Shown piece after piece: positions 12,601 to 27,600 of a stretch of 64,000 nucleotides of DNA; the first letter of the stretch is position 1; each line of letters opens with the position of its first letter. The notes under the pieces are model-generated. The model had not been told where the DNA came from and did no database searches. It was given only the letters and a program-made list of their open reading frames with translations. Source of the stretch: Phoronis australis (Eukaryota; Animalia; Phoronida); assembly GCA_002633005.1 (NCBI GenBank), contig NMRA01000340.1:124001-188000 (forward strand). Reading direction: 5' to 3'. The position numbers and the translations under genes are program-made.

Positions 12601-15600
12601 CCAGTTTGCGCCGAAGCGTGGTACTGTACTCGTTTTCTTGCCGGGCTTAGCTGAAATTGAGAATCTGGACAACTGTTTGAGCGAAGTGAAAATGAAACAC
12701 AAGTGAGTGAGCGTTGACATACTGTACTGTTCAAGTATTCTGAAAATGCTAAATTTTACATAGTACAGAACAAAAGTAAATACAAGACAAAATACCCTTT
12801 CTTCGTCATAATGAAATTACAGGTAATGAGACCAATACTGGCAAAATTCTAATTTCAAAATGGTTTATCCACCTCCCTAACTTTTCAGTTAACCTCTCCT
12901 TTCTCGGTTTTGAGGTTAAGCTATACTGACGATGAATTCAAGCTTCTGCCCAGCCGTCACAACAGAGAATTCTGGGTCATTTTGTCTGAATACTTTTGCC
13001 ATGTTCTGTTACAGTACACAAAGAATATTTTGTGTTAAACTCTTGAGCAGGTCTGTTAAGGGGAAAGAAACAGTTTTTGATGTCGGCTTTTTATGCGCCC
13101 ACATATTATAAAATTAATGGGCGAACTGTATTAATAAGAATAAAGATCTTTGGTTAACTTTGCGGCAGTTTCCACAATAATTGCTGTTGGTGTATCGTGT
13201 ATTTACTACCAATGTTGTAACCCAAAGTGATGTAAAAGGCCTGTATTTTGGTTCTGCATTTGTTGCCATTGAACCAACGTAATGTCTGACTCACTATTGA
13301 ACACAGTCTCTGTCGGTTATTCGTTTTGGCTGAATAGCATGGATATTAAATACAGGCCACTGCAACAGTACATTAATGCAGTAAAACGTCTTTCCAAGAT
13401 AATAGGGATCAGCAATTTAAAGGTAAACATTAAAAAACAACAATTGCTTCCCTCATCAAAGAAATCACGTATGGTAAAAATTTACAACTTGGGACAGTCT
13501 CTTAAAATTTGTGACACTGTAATTAAAGCCAAAATTGAATTTTGTTGATTCTGAAGATTCGGACGTGGATAATTTTGTCATTTATCACATGTCTCACATG
13601 TTGAACACTGCATCTTGTATCAACAAAAAGTCAGTTACTAATTCATCTTTCTTGTGATTCTTGAATTTGTGACGGCCGGTATTGCATATTATATTTTCTA
13701 AATTTTGGTACGAGCAGTGACCTTGACAAAAATTGTGAATGTTTCGCTGCCCCAAGCTGGAGAATTTTTACCATAAGCACAGTGAAGACTGATACTGGCC
13801 AGTGACTGGGTGATCATACTTATTGCTTAATAACAGTTCTTGGAACATTTAACGTTCAAGACTCTTAACTAGTGAACAGAAGTCTATAGAAATTAACACA
13901 CCTTTAGTGAGATGGGATATAATGTTGTAGACTGTGCGTCATTCCTCTTCACTCATCCATCACTAAAGAAGAACAAGCCAGAGTGTTCATACCACCACAG
14001 CTTGGACAGAGAAAGGTGGGGTATAGTGGATGAATGTACATACAGTGAACTAATCATCAAGTATTAATGTCTACTCGTTGAGTATTACTGATAAACTTAG
14101 AAAAAGATCTGTTTCCTGAATGTGTTATTGAAACACAATAAACAGTTTGACTTGCAAATCTGCTTTCAGTATTTGTAGCTCTTCAGAAAATTACAACAGG
14201 TTGAGTGCTGCCGTTGATTTTGATTCTGCAAATATCCGGGAATTTTCTAGATATAAGTTTTTAATTGCGACATTGTTGAGCAGTTCGACAGTACTTTTGA
14301 GGAATTAGATGGTGCTAAAACTTGTTTCAAGGAAGTGTTATCAATTTAAGGTTGTGAACAGGTTGCTTTGCAGTCTGCTTTAAATTGTATTTTTTTAAGA
14401 AAACAGCCACATGGAAAGTTCTGTCATTGAATTTTATTCTCTGGACATCTGAGAAATGTTAATATGTATTTTCTGGATTTTTGTTTTAATGGCTTGCTGG
14501 AAACGCTGATTCGTATTCAAGCAAAAGCACCTAACTGTTAGGCAGTCATGTCTTACGCACGTTTGGTAATAGTTTTCCTTAAATGTGAATAGGGAACTTT
14601 TTTTCCAGGTCATTCTGTCAACCAACATTGCAGAGAGCTCAATTACAGTCCCAGATATCAAGTATGGTAAGTCAGCTAGAATACTAGGATTACCCTAAGT
14701 TATTGTCAGTTGTCGTACTATGGTAATTTGTCATGCATTACAAAGGAACCAGGCAATTTCTCCTGTATGGTAAGACTGGGTTTAATTGTTATTTTTGTTT
14801 TGGACAGAACTGTGGTTAAATTAAAGATCATCACCGTCTCACTTTAGGAATCTAAACTCCAGACCTCGATTGTAATCAGCTCGCCATTGCCTTGCTAGTT
14901 TGTGAGCTTCTGCATTTCTGGCATCTGTGTTGTTGATGATAAGAGATGCTGCTCCATCTGGTGGCAGTGCTCCATCTGGTGGCAAATAATACTTATTTGC
15001 TACCGATTGCCTTGCTGTTCTTCAACTTGTGTATTTCTGACTTTTGGGTTGTTATGGTAAGACCAGCACCGCCATCTGTTGTCTGTTTACAGTGATTGAC
15101 TTCTGCTTGACCCGTAACCTTGTCTGTGACCCTGAGACCAACTACACTAGCCTACAGGTGGACTGGGCGTCTAAAGCCAATTGTACCCAGAGAAAAGGTG
15201 TGTGGTGATTGACACTCCTGTCACCTGATGAGTCTGTTGCTTATTATACAGTTCTTGCAATATAGTTGTAAAGGGCGTAGGAAATAGATGAAGTGTGATG
15301 AAGTGTGATGAAGTATGGACATTTTCCATTATAATTATTTTTTCTCATCCATTATTGTTAGCGTTTTCCAACATTAGTCGGTGTCCTTTGACTTAAGAAA
15401 AATTTCCTAGTTCAACAAGTCGGGAAACTATTTGAAAAAGTAGTTCCTGAAATTGCAGCTAGAGGCACTGTTTTTGAATTTTAATAATGATTTCAAATTG
15501 TGTTTTACTGTTTTGTTGTAAACCGGTGCATTTGACACTATGCTGATCTTTCAATTTTTAACAGGTCGTGCTGGTCGTGTGTCCAATGGTCGTGTCTACC

Positions 15601-18600
15601 GTATGGTGACCAGGCAGTTCTGGGGTCGTTACCTGCCTGAGTACGGCACACCTGAGATGCAGGTGAGGGCAGGGGAGTTGCTCTCTGATGAACAGCTTCT
15701 GTTGTCATTACTTTAATGAATGTTTAAAGTCATGAATTTAACCCTTATCCTGCGCTAGGCGAGGTCAGCCGACATGCCAATTATCCTATTAAAATGCGTT
15801 GGGTGTACTCAATCGACTATAATAAGTTACAGCTGGGCTGCGCTAGGAGAGTGCACTCACCCCAGGACACTTGTGATTTTCATTCAGAAATTATAAGAGC
15901 CCTGGAATGTTGTTTGGATATGTGACCATGAGTATTCCCTACTTCACAACTTCCTCTACTGTTCCTCAATTTAAACCATATGGCTGTGATTACTAGTTTG
16001 GGAGATATTGGCAGGTTTATGTAAGTGTAGACACATAGTTTCATTATATGGCTGGAGCCATACGGGAGAGGATGACAGTGGATCAGTTTACTTTCACCGA
16101 GGCTATGATAAAGACTTATATATGGTGAAATTCTCCATTAAATTCTGCACAAGTTATGTATTGACTTCTTTTCAGTTAATTTAATATTTCCCCTTCAAAT
16201 TTCCAAGTTAAAATTGTTAGGTCATTGGTCATTTGTCTAGGTGACCTCCACAACAGCGTAGTGTAAAGCAGTAGTGGTGACCTACTTAGCTCAGCACACA
16301 GGGAAGGTAGTCTGAATAGAGGCTCAGCAGGATAAGGGTTAATAAAACATTTCATGTTAAGTATTCATTGCTTTCTTTGTAGGGTTTGTTTCCTAACTCC
16401 ATTCTGAGAATTTTGAGCTGTAGGTTTTTCGTCATAAATCACAGATTAATGAGGTGATCGATGTCTATTATAGCGCTGTCCGCTGGAGCAGCTCATCCTA
16501 CGCGTCAAACTATTGGATCTTGGTGAACCTAAAGCTATCTTGGGTCTGGCTCTGTCTCCTCCAAATCTGGATGACATTGAGAGAACCATCTTACTCTTGA
16601 AGGAGGTAAGCAGTGTATCAAAACGTTTTAGTTCAAGAAATCTTGACAATTGCCTTCAGTGTTTGTTCAAATAAGTTGCCGTTCATAACAAGTAAGGGTT
16701 ACTTGCCTCTTCCAACTGTTTTTGTTCTGATGAACTGCTTACTTGCAACAAGCGGGAATGGTTACAATTCTATTGCTGGACTCTTGGACTGATTGCTTAT
16801 ACTAGATAGGGGGCGCTTGCCTTCCAGCTCTTATTGTAGTGTTTGCTTGCAGCAGGGGGAGACAGTTACCACTCTCAACTATTGCTGGTGTGACTGTCTG
16901 TTGGGGTTGCTTCCCTCTCTCAGATGTTATTGCACTGACTGACTGTTTACATGACGTATTCAAGGCTTGGAATTTTCCGCGTAAACGCAGATTTCCACTT
17001 TTTTCAAATGTTCTTTCCACGTATTTTATTATATTTCCACGTAAAAAAATTGGATTTGATATAAAATTTCCGCGTCAAATTCCTTTCTTACCGCGGCGTT
17101 GCCGACGACGTTCATCTCGAAAAGCGGAAGTTGCTCTTTATGTTTCGGAGGAACGTAAATTGTCAACATTGCAGGGGCATCTGGGATAGCGTGGTGGGAT
17201 TTTTCAATGGCGTCTTGTGTGATTGTAAACCGCGGTGACAAATACTGCGGCTCTGCAGCCAAAAATGTGGGGGTGGGAGTGGACGGACGAGCTAAAAAGA
17301 CACAGACGCATGCTACTGATGGTGGTAACGTTTTTTTTTCTAGTCCTCCCGATTTTTGTCCGCGAAAGGTTCACATAGACTATTTCAAGGCTGGGTGGCG
17401 CGCATGTTTTGGCCCTTTGGCCCGTAGAAGTTTCCGCGTTTTTTGTCGTTGGTCATTCCAAGCCCTGCGTATTAGCTTGAATTTCCTAAACATTTTTTGC
17501 AGAGATAAAAAAACTGCTTTGTCTAGCTTTATAAAATAAAGTATGGCAGGGTTTCCCACTGCAACTCTAAAAAGCTAATATTATGCTTTAGGTTTTTTCA
17601 CAGTTTCAGGCAGCATTGATTGTTTTCACGTATGATTTTTGCAGTGAGACCTGAAAACGCTGCGTCATCTGCTTTCATGAGGTGATTTCTTGGCTGCGAC
17701 TTTACCGCTGCAATTTTTACTGGTAGATGTTGTCTTGCCAGTAATAAATGTCACTGTCAAATTATTTTTGATCTCACGAGCATTTTTATTGTTACAAGTG
17801 GAAAATGGCTAGAAATTGCTCATGAAATCGAGACATTTCAGCGGAAAAGATATTTACTGGGAAAATCCAATTTTAGTGTTTTCACCTTAATGTTTGCATT
17901 CTACAAAATATCCCGTGACTGACAGCTACTATGACGATGAATTCTGCTGGCACCCAAACGTCATGTCGGGAATTCTGGATCATTTTGTCTGCTTTGATTT
18001 CTTTTGGCGTATACTATATTTGTGTTCAACAGGTAGGGGCGCTGGCCTCTCTCAAGTCTGGTGCTGTCAATCCTCATGATGGTGACCTGACCTTCATTGG
18101 ACGTGTCCTGGCCAAGTTACCTGTGGACGTCAGGATAGGTAAACTGCTGGTGCTGGGCCATGTCTTTGGTGTATTGGAAGAGTGTCTTACTATTGGTAAG
18201 TTAGATTCTGGAATAATTTTTATGGCCTACCACCTGGTACGAATTTATCTGAATGCTGCGTATTTTTTGGGACCCAAAAATCATTAAGTGATGTTATTCA
18301 AGTGTTACGGTTTTGGGCATTTATTTCTCTTCAAAAAATCAGACAAAATTTAGAAATGTCATCAGCATTTTGAGGTGCTAGTTCGGCGAAGTTCGAGGTT
18401 GAAAATTCAGACAGTGATGAAAATAGCGTGGAGCGTAAGATCTGTCCAATAACGTGTTATGAGTACCAGTGTATGATGCAATTTGCATTAAATTACAGAT
18501 TTTTACCAGGCTGATATAACATATTCTGGGGTCACATTAGCGTGCTTCAGGTGGCCAAATGAAGCCCTGGGTTGTCATTTCTGGCTTCACTAAGCTTCAC

Positions 18601-21600
18601 ACATATCATCATCAGTTTCACATTTCACATTCCAGGTGCTGCTCTATCTTTACAATCATTCCATTCTCGGCCGTACAAACTTCAATTTGATGCATTCCGT
18701 CACAAGATGGCCTGGGCCAGGGGTACCTACAGCGACTGCTTTGCAGCCTTACATGCCTATCAGGTGACAGTTGTTATTCTCAATTACAGCTTCTGTGTGA
18801 CTAGGCCTTGCTGTTCACTAGAGGTTCTGTGTGACAAGGTCATGATATTCACTTGAGGTGCAGTGAAATGAGGTCATGTTTTTCACCAGAGGTGTTTTAT
18901 AATGAAGAGGGTCTTGTCATTCACTAGAACCACTCTGTAAAAAGGTCTTCCCAAATGTAATATATATTATAAGCTTGGTGATCACTTTACCATTTTCCCT
19001 TCTTCTCACTTTGAAAGCCACTTTGTCAGTTGGCCCTGTTTACTTGAAACTAAAAGAAATGTTTTCTGCGTGACACCTTTTTAATACCAGGCTTAGCCAA
19101 CTTAATATTCTATAATTCTATTCAACATGTAGCAACAGCTTGGATTTCATTTCGACCCTTTCCTAATTTGTTGTCAGACAACAAATTAGGTTGTTTGATG
19201 GCATGCATCTGCTTTCATGAGGCCATGTTATTTTAGGTATGGCAAGATGTCAAACAGAGATTCATGTCACAGAGGGATGAAGAGAAATGGTGCCGATCAT
19301 CATTCATACAACTCAAGAGAATCAGAGAGGTGGGCTGCTTTGGCTTTCTTTCAAGTTGCGGGCTTCTGAACATCACTTTGATCAACTGTGGCTGGTGACC
19401 GTTAGTCGGGCTAAAAACAAGAAAAATTCAGTATTCATTGACAAATAACATCTAAGCTTTGCCAGTATTGTTCTAGTTTTCAGGCACGTGGTTGGCTTGA
19501 AATTGTACATTTGGAAAAAATATCAACAGTAAGCTAGGTCAGTGTTACTGCACCTTAAGAACGAATGGTCATTCAGGCTTGAAATTACACTGAAATGCAG
19601 GTGACTCCCAAAACGCTTAGAGACAAACGGTTATTCACGCTTGAAATTCAACAGAAACACAGGTGCATTATCAAAAAGCTTAGAGGCAAATGGTTATTCA
19701 AGCTTGAAATTCAATAGAAACGGAAGTGACCTACCAATAAGCTTAGCCAAAATTGATTTATTTGAAACTGGTTTACTGAGCAATGGTAATTCAAGTTTGA
19801 AATCAAACCTGAGAAAAAGTAACCGGTCAACACGCTTGGTCAAGTGTAGCTGAAAGTGAGTGTTTCAAGTAACACCTTTGTCTCATATGAGTTGTGAGAT
19901 TTGTGTCTTTCTGGCGAAGTCAGTGACAACATTTACATTTTTATTTAATAACAACGAACAGGAGACAGTGGCTTTAAAATTTCTTTCTGATTAATATATA
20001 GATACAGCTAAAGTGTTAGACTGGCACTTGAGTAAAATTAAACATGATGGGTCTTGTCATTAAATTCGAGTTATGCCAGTCGGTATTCAAGTGACGCTGT
20101 CACCACTGTTGAGCATGTAGTGAGACTCTTTATAACTATTCCATTACCAGGTGGAGTTCTTGCGTAAAGACCTTGTGGACCGACTGGGTCACCTGAACAT
20201 TAAGACCCCCAGACGACCGCCCAACTACAGGCACTATCTGAGTTATGAGAAGTTGGAGCTAGTGCTTAAGGTTGGTCATTATTCTGACTTATTTTATTTA
20301 TATGTATGGTATATAACGTTTACTGTGGTCAGCAGACTGTAAAGTCCTTCACAACGCCTTCCCTAATTCAATATTGGATTTATAGTTTTGCTTTATATGC
20401 GTATTACAGAGACAGCGCCACCTTCTCAATTCAGACAGGTTTGACGCATACTAAAAGCATCCATAGAAGCACACTGTTCGCGCCACTACTGTGGGTGCAT
20501 TTCAACGCTCTGTATTGCTCTTGTTCCGTAATGAGTGACTTTCAAATGTGAAATTTTCTGTAATGGATTACACAGACGTCAGTGATATTTTATCCTAGTC
20601 TTAATTGTGAAAATGTGCTAAATGATAACAAGATGAATAACTTCAGACTGTGGTCCATTTGTACAGATGGTGTTGGCAGGGGCGTTCTACCCCAACTACT
20701 TTGTACAGGGTGAGACGGATGAAGAGGTTGCAGCCAGAGCTATGTCGGGCAAGAATGCATTCACCACAGTCATGGTATGATGGTCTTTTGCCCTTCACTG
20801 TAGTTGCACAGGAAGCAATATGGATGGGGAAAATGTGGCTATGGTATAGTTGAACTGCAGGGCTTTAATTTGTGGGTCAATTTGGAGGACTCATGGATCA
20901 TGATTTTCTGTCTTTTTTCAAATTGACACAATTTTAATGTGCCAGTTAGCCAATGTTAAGCAATTCCGGTGCGTCAGTGAATGTTTTTGTGCACCAATTA
21001 AACAGGGCACACTCATAAAATTATCCTTGGTTATATTAAGGCAATGCAGACATGAAAATGCAATACCTAAAGTCTGTTTGGGATTTAATTTGTGAGTACT
21101 AAATTAATCTTCACATATCTAACACACAATATAACCGGTATGGAAAATTTCTTTGTGGCAATTTTCTGAACAAAAATGAGTGTCAAGAAAATTTATTATT
21201 AACTTACTATGGTGAAGTATTGTATAGATTTCATAAACCATTGCTTTAAGTGGTTTTCGTTATTTTGATGTTACAGTCACCCTTGGAACAATTGAAAAGT
21301 GTCCCCGTTAGCAATCGTTTTTTTGTGTGAAATAACTTGAGATTTACAGTAACTGTAACATATGATTTGGTAATTTATGTTTTACTTTTGGCAAGTTTTG
21401 ATTACTCGCAATGAGTTCTGGTGCTACACCAGTGCCTAGTTACATGAAAGTTATACGTCGTATAGCAACAATGACGTTGCATGACCACGCGTCACGTTAT
21501 TATTGTTAAACAATGATCCTGACGTCATGCAACAATCAAACTTATCCAGCGGATAACTTTTGAAGCTTTGTGCAACTCAGCCCAGGTGTATGAGATCCAC

Positions 21601-24600
21601 TGTAGTGAAATCTAACCGTCATTTGCGAAGTCGCTCATGATTGTGGTTAGGGGACTTGTAAAAGGATGCGTCACATGTCTCCGTGAGGCAAACCCTTGCT
21701 GTTTTCATTTCGCACGAGGCAAACATTTTGCATGCTTTGTCATTAGAATGCTTTTGATTGACTACGCTGCTTTACTGACTGTAGTTCCATTGATTTGCCA
21801 CCAGGTGAAGAACCTTCCAGCCAATCAAGGTGTCCTTTACAAGACAGCTGTCGAAGGTCTGTTTAAGAAGTGTGGCTCGACTCCGGTGGCTCATTTTGAA
21901 GAGACCAGGTGAGTTGATATGTTGATATATCTCGAAATGACTGGTATCCATGATTAGATTATTCCTAATTTGTTACCAAACCTAATGTTTACGGATTTGT
22001 GCTCAGCTATGTATTCAATCAAGTTATGGGTGTGCCAGCTCTGAAATTGATGTTTCCAAATTTTTTCTAAAATTACAAGACATGACTCATTTTTGGTGAC
22101 GACAGTAATACAATAACAAAATTTTTTTCAAAATTTCATAGAAATTGGAATGAATTAAAGCAAGACTTCAAAGTCCAAATCATAGACGTATGACCTCATT
22201 ACTGTATTAATGACAATGTAGTATTTTTCCTTTTAGTCACTGTTGAGGAACAAACAAGGTTTTGATCTTCACATAGCAGATTTTTGAATGCTTGCTTGTT
22301 GACTTTGTCAGGGCCTACATTGAGTTCAGGCAAACATCGAGAGAAGTGAAGGAAGGCGAGAATAAAGACTCCCTGATCCTGCAGGCTGTTTACATGGCGA
22401 TTAAGATGAGACATCTTCGTGAGGACCTACAGGTGGCGCAGCTTGACCCAGAGGAGGCGCGGCTTAAACTGGAGCAGTTAGCCATCACTCAGGAAAACCA
22501 ATCAAGAGCCAGCCAGAGACTCAGAACGAACCGGATCAAGGCAGTCAGCGATCTGGAGCATGAAAGGAGCGTGTCAGGCTTCAGACAAGTGGACCTGCCC
22601 AAAACTCATACCTGTTCATTGTTCGTTTCTGTAGTTAGTATGCTTTTGGTGTTTTAGAAATTTAAAGCAGTGTAGGTGTAGAAATTTAGGAAGAATAGGA
22701 CACTTCCGTGTTCCTGGTGTATTTGTAATTGCGACAACTGAATTTCAGTTTCAAGATTGACAACGTTTGTTAGCAATTTTCTTTTGCAATATTGTTTGAG
22801 AAGGCACACACAGTGCTATTTTTACGATATTGCAGAAAACTGGGAAGCATCTTTGAGAGTCAGGCATCTCTTTATTTATCACTGAGAACTGAGGGATTTA
22901 CTGTATTATGTCTTTGATTATAAGCCAAGTATTTTCCAACATCAATTTATTGTCTTTCATAGTATCCTGCTTGTGTAAGCCCTCAGGCCAGTTTTTTCAC
23001 CTGATATTATTATTGGTTGACAGGTGTTGGACTGTGGTCATTTTTGGGCACAGTATTCGGACGACACCACATGGGACGGTCTACAGCGGCTAGGCCACAC
23101 TATTGCCGTGCTCACAGAGGAAGGATATTTGCAGGTTAGTATTTTCTTGTATATCTATTTTCCTTGCAACTTGAAAATATATTATTAGGGTACATTTCTA
23201 TTGCGATTTTTCCTCAGTTCGATGTTTTGACATAGTGTTCCACAGGCTGTCTTTCTTTAGGTTTCTGCGGATCGCCCCTCTATGTGAGTCACTTTGTTTC
23301 CAGTTGTAATACTTTGCTGATCCTTATCAGACTGTTTGTTACAGGTTCCTCAGGGTGAACTGTCAGTGGGTACAATCTGCCTGGCTCCCTACTGTGAGGA
23401 AGGTGACGGTGACATGGTGTACTACCGTGCACGTGTAGAGGAGGTGACAGCCCAGAGACAGGCTGGGAGACAGTTTGTGCAGGTATGGGTGGGGCAACTT
23501 GGATGACGCCCTCAAGACAGACTGTTTGATAGATACTGTTTGTAGTTATTAGTGGCATGTTCACAATGTTTTTGATCCTGGAACGCGAGTTTTTAAGCAT
23601 AACACTCTGTTTATAGCAATTTGCCATGAAGTGATTTTAGTTATATGAAAATCTAAAGGGTGATACAGGTTGGGGGGTTGACGATATGAATAAATGGTAC
23701 CGATTTCTGTTGCCATGAGGCTAGTTTTGTTTTCACGGGAGTTGTTTGATTTCAGGTGTTCTTTGTGGATTTTGGCAATTATGAGGAGGTAGAGAGGTCT
23801 CAGATACTGAATATAGACTTGGATGAACAGACTACTCGTAGGATTCTGCAGAGACATCGTGGGCTGGACCTTAGTGTGTTGAGAATACCGTTTCAGGTAG
23901 GGTATACTTGTACGGAGGCTTCGGTATGTTGAGAATACCATTTTGGTATGGGGTACTTTTATTACGGAGGCCTCAGTGTTGAAGCCTCAGTGTTAAGGCC
24001 TCAGTGTTGAGGCCTCAGTGTTAAGGCCTCAGTGTTGAAGCCTCAGTGTTAAGGCCTCAGTGTTAAGGCCTCCACTTGGTCCACATTTAGCCAATGTCTG
24101 AGTCAAATTCACTGCTGCCCGACTATGTGCCAATGACTGCCCATTTCTTCTAAAATCTGTCGAATCCTTGTTTATACCATCAACAATTGATTTTGATTTG
24201 TTTTAAAACTAGACAAGACGTTATGAGTTTTCACAAAGTTTTCACCGATTAAATTTTCCCCGATGGAGAGCTAACTCGAGGGTCTAGAAGTGCGTCACAG
24301 TTGGATTCAAACCCCCGGCGTTGTGTAAAGCAAGGGGACACTTATCCCACCAGGCCATTCTGCATCCTCTATAACTTTGCTTTTAAAGTTATTTTAGCCA
24401 CTTTAAGTGTGAATTAGATATAGTCCACGAAGCATTGCATCCTTTATCATATTGGAGTTGGACTAGAAAGTAAAGTTAATTTTGTTTGTGTCGATAGTCT
24501 CTACTAGAGTTGTTATTTATCTTTTACAGGCATTCGAGTGTTTTCTAGCTGGCATCAAGCCATCGTCAGCCAAGTGCCCCAGTGGACAGTGGTCAGCTGA

Positions 24601-27600
24601 AGCCAAGAGGTTCTTTGCTAATGAAGTCAGAGAGAAACATTTGTGGGCTCAGGTAGGTCATGGATTGAGATCTTCTCGTAATAATATAGTGATTAGTCAG
24701 GTACAACTGTTGCTTCGTACTTTCTTCGTCTCTGATGGTTCTGCTCAGGAAACATCTTTTTTCCTCTTGTTTTGAAAAAAGTTAATTTGTTTCTAAAATT
24801 ACACGTTGTAACAGCTTCTTTTGTGGGATTTGCAATATCTAGTGTATTACTAGATATAACCAGCCAAGTGTTGAAGTGTATGTTTACAGTTTGATTTCTG
24901 TTAGGACTTAGTTATTTAAATACCTAACCTGTATACAAATGCTGTTTTCTTTTGTTAATAAGTACCTCATCCACAATGCATTTCCCTACTGGTTAATGTC
25001 TCTGAGTGATCATCGAGTGAACAGTTCAGTGAACCATAAGGGCGTTTACTTTACCATCAACTTCTCTTTTGATGACTGGAGAGAAAGGCTGGCTGTTAAT
25101 GGAAACACTGTCTGGGCATTCTACTGTGTTGCCACACAATTGGTTGACTTTGCGTTTGCTCATAGCATCCTAACTGCAGCATCCACCAGCGTTTTTGAAT
25201 CCTTTGACCCAAACAAACTAATGTAGATGGACAATAACTTAATGAAAGCAATGCCGTTGGATGCAGATTTAAATGAAAATGAAAGTCAAAAAGGATAACC
25301 CAATGTCATTTTTCTGGTCATTGCTAGATTTTTCTCGTTGTAGGATTCCAAACAAATTGCATTTTAATAAAAAAGTCGCAGAAAATGTTTACTTAAATTT
25401 CCATTTGATCAATCGGGACTGAATTTTCATCTACGCCGACAACTGAAATGGATCCCCAAAAATTTGGAAGTCAGTCCTCTGGACCTCACTTTCTGGATAT
25501 ATGTAGAGCGAACTTTGAAAATAAGCCTTATCAAAATCCGTGACTCTCTCACAACTGTTACTACACAAGTGTCATTCTCTTCAGGTCTATTCTGTTATAC
25601 ATGGCACAGTGCGTGTGGAGCTGACCTACCAACACCCAGTGGCTCTTCGAGTCGTCAACATTAACCAGTTCTTGAAAGACAAAGAATTTGCTGACGTGGC
25701 TGAGGAAAGCTTTGCCTCTAAGGTAACATTGTTGTGATCTCTGCTTAGGATATTGCCCTGGTCTCGGAGGCATGTAAATGGTCATTTTGGTTGACGTGTA
25801 ATCACCATTTTCTTAATATGTAAATTCATGTATTGTGTACATTATGGTTTGTGCAATTGAGTTTCTATTCTAAGTTGCACTTGATCTACCCTAGATTCGA
25901 GCTAAAAACTTGAGTAAACTCGACGTTTCGAGTAAAAACTAAAATATTTGAGTTCAGGCTCAAACTTTTAGCCTTAATGGTGGGGTCATCAATTACACTC
26001 TAGGATTAGATAGTTGTCCACACAGTTGTCCACACAGTTGTCCACATAAGCGATTATGTACTGGAGCATAGAATATAGACACTCTTGAGTTTGTACACAA
26101 ATAGAATGGAATAAATAATTTTGCGTTCAATCTTGAGTATTAAGGTTAGACCCCGTGCCCAGCATTATTACATACATCGAACTTGAACTGTTCCTTTGAT
26201 ATGATTACCTTTCGGTAAAATTCACAAAAACTTTTCTAATTCGCTGTAGCGACAAATAACCCCCATGTTGTCACGTTGTTCCAAATATTCAGCAAAACCA
26301 CATGATGCGAGAAGAAGAATTGAAAAACCCACATCTTTACACTGTACATCAAGACTGGCTGGAGGTGCGCGCAGAGGAGGTTAAACCCAACCGGCGGGGA
26401 CCCAAGATCAACCTACACGGGCCGTTCAGTCCCCTGGAGATGACGTTTTATAGCATGACTAATATGGGAAGGATGAGGTAAGAAGAGGACTAATGCATGT
26501 GTGTGTGTGTGTGTGGGTGGGTGGGTGTGGGTGAGTGGGTGGATGGGTGTGTGCATTTCAAATGGGAAGGATTAGAGATGTTTGAGGTTTGATTACTTTA
26601 AATTTTTGTTCAGCCTAACTTGTTACAACATATTCTTTGATTTCTACAGATAGTTTGAAAAGTTTATAAGGTGCGCAGATAATTTGGGAAGTTTACTGTC
26701 ACCCCTGTAGGGTTTACAGTGCAACAAAACTTTCAACTTTTTTCTGAAGCATAGCGTGTAAAATTTGTTTTGCATTTGGTAAACTGGCCATAGTTGCACC
26801 TAAGGAAAGATAATGAATGTTATGGTGATCATTTTGGTGAGGGTTATGGTGAGGCAAAGATGTAACATCAGAATTTTCAGTTTCACAAAATTTTGGAAAT
26901 ATTAGTTCTGTGTTTGATTAATGGCGTATAGTCACATCAAATGTTTATTGCATTTGAAGGACATTTTAGGCTTCCTTAAAGTGCTGTTTTCATTTTGCAG
27001 AGCGGCTCGCGTGTTCGTGGATAGCGTCAACTCTGTAGCACTCAATGATGAGCCCCAGAATCCCCATGCCCGCCTGATGGTGGCAGCACATGTCAAGTTG
27101 AATCCCAGCCGAAATACCATGGTGGCAGAAAACACCACGATAATGCCGTATATTCCCGGACTACCAGCTATTAGTGCCATGTTGTTTGCGCCTACAGTTG
27201 AACTGAGGTAGGCTTACGGGCTCAAAATTATTGGTTTTAAATCATCATTATCATTATTAATTATTATAATAAATATGGACTGTTTTTAACTGACATTTAT
27301 AGAACACTTAAGATAAAACAGCTTATTAAGGTATTCTAAGGTAAAATCACTATACCCATGACTGAATGAGTTAGGTGCAGATCTAGATGTTGAACGATAA
27401 CCTTAACTGGAGACAATTTGGTTAGCCAGTTATTTTATTGACTTCAGTTTTTGATTAAGTAACAGTCCTTACTCGTGAAACCCATCCTAAGTGAAGGCAT
27501 TCAACACTTATTTCTTTTTTATTTGATTAGAGTGCAATCACCTTCTCATTTCATAAAATTTCTTTTCGCTGCAGGACAGACAAGGCTCGCACGCACTACA

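Noticed and set aside
16839-17539. ORFs of 77-116 aa matching ORFs at 30385-30990
   Set aside because: Chance frames within two copies of a non-coding MITE; no transposase motifs.
19540-19853. 70-aa ORF with repeated NGYSSLKFN
   Set aside because: Product of a degenerate ~57-bp intronic tandem repeat; no phase-compatible role in TDRD9.
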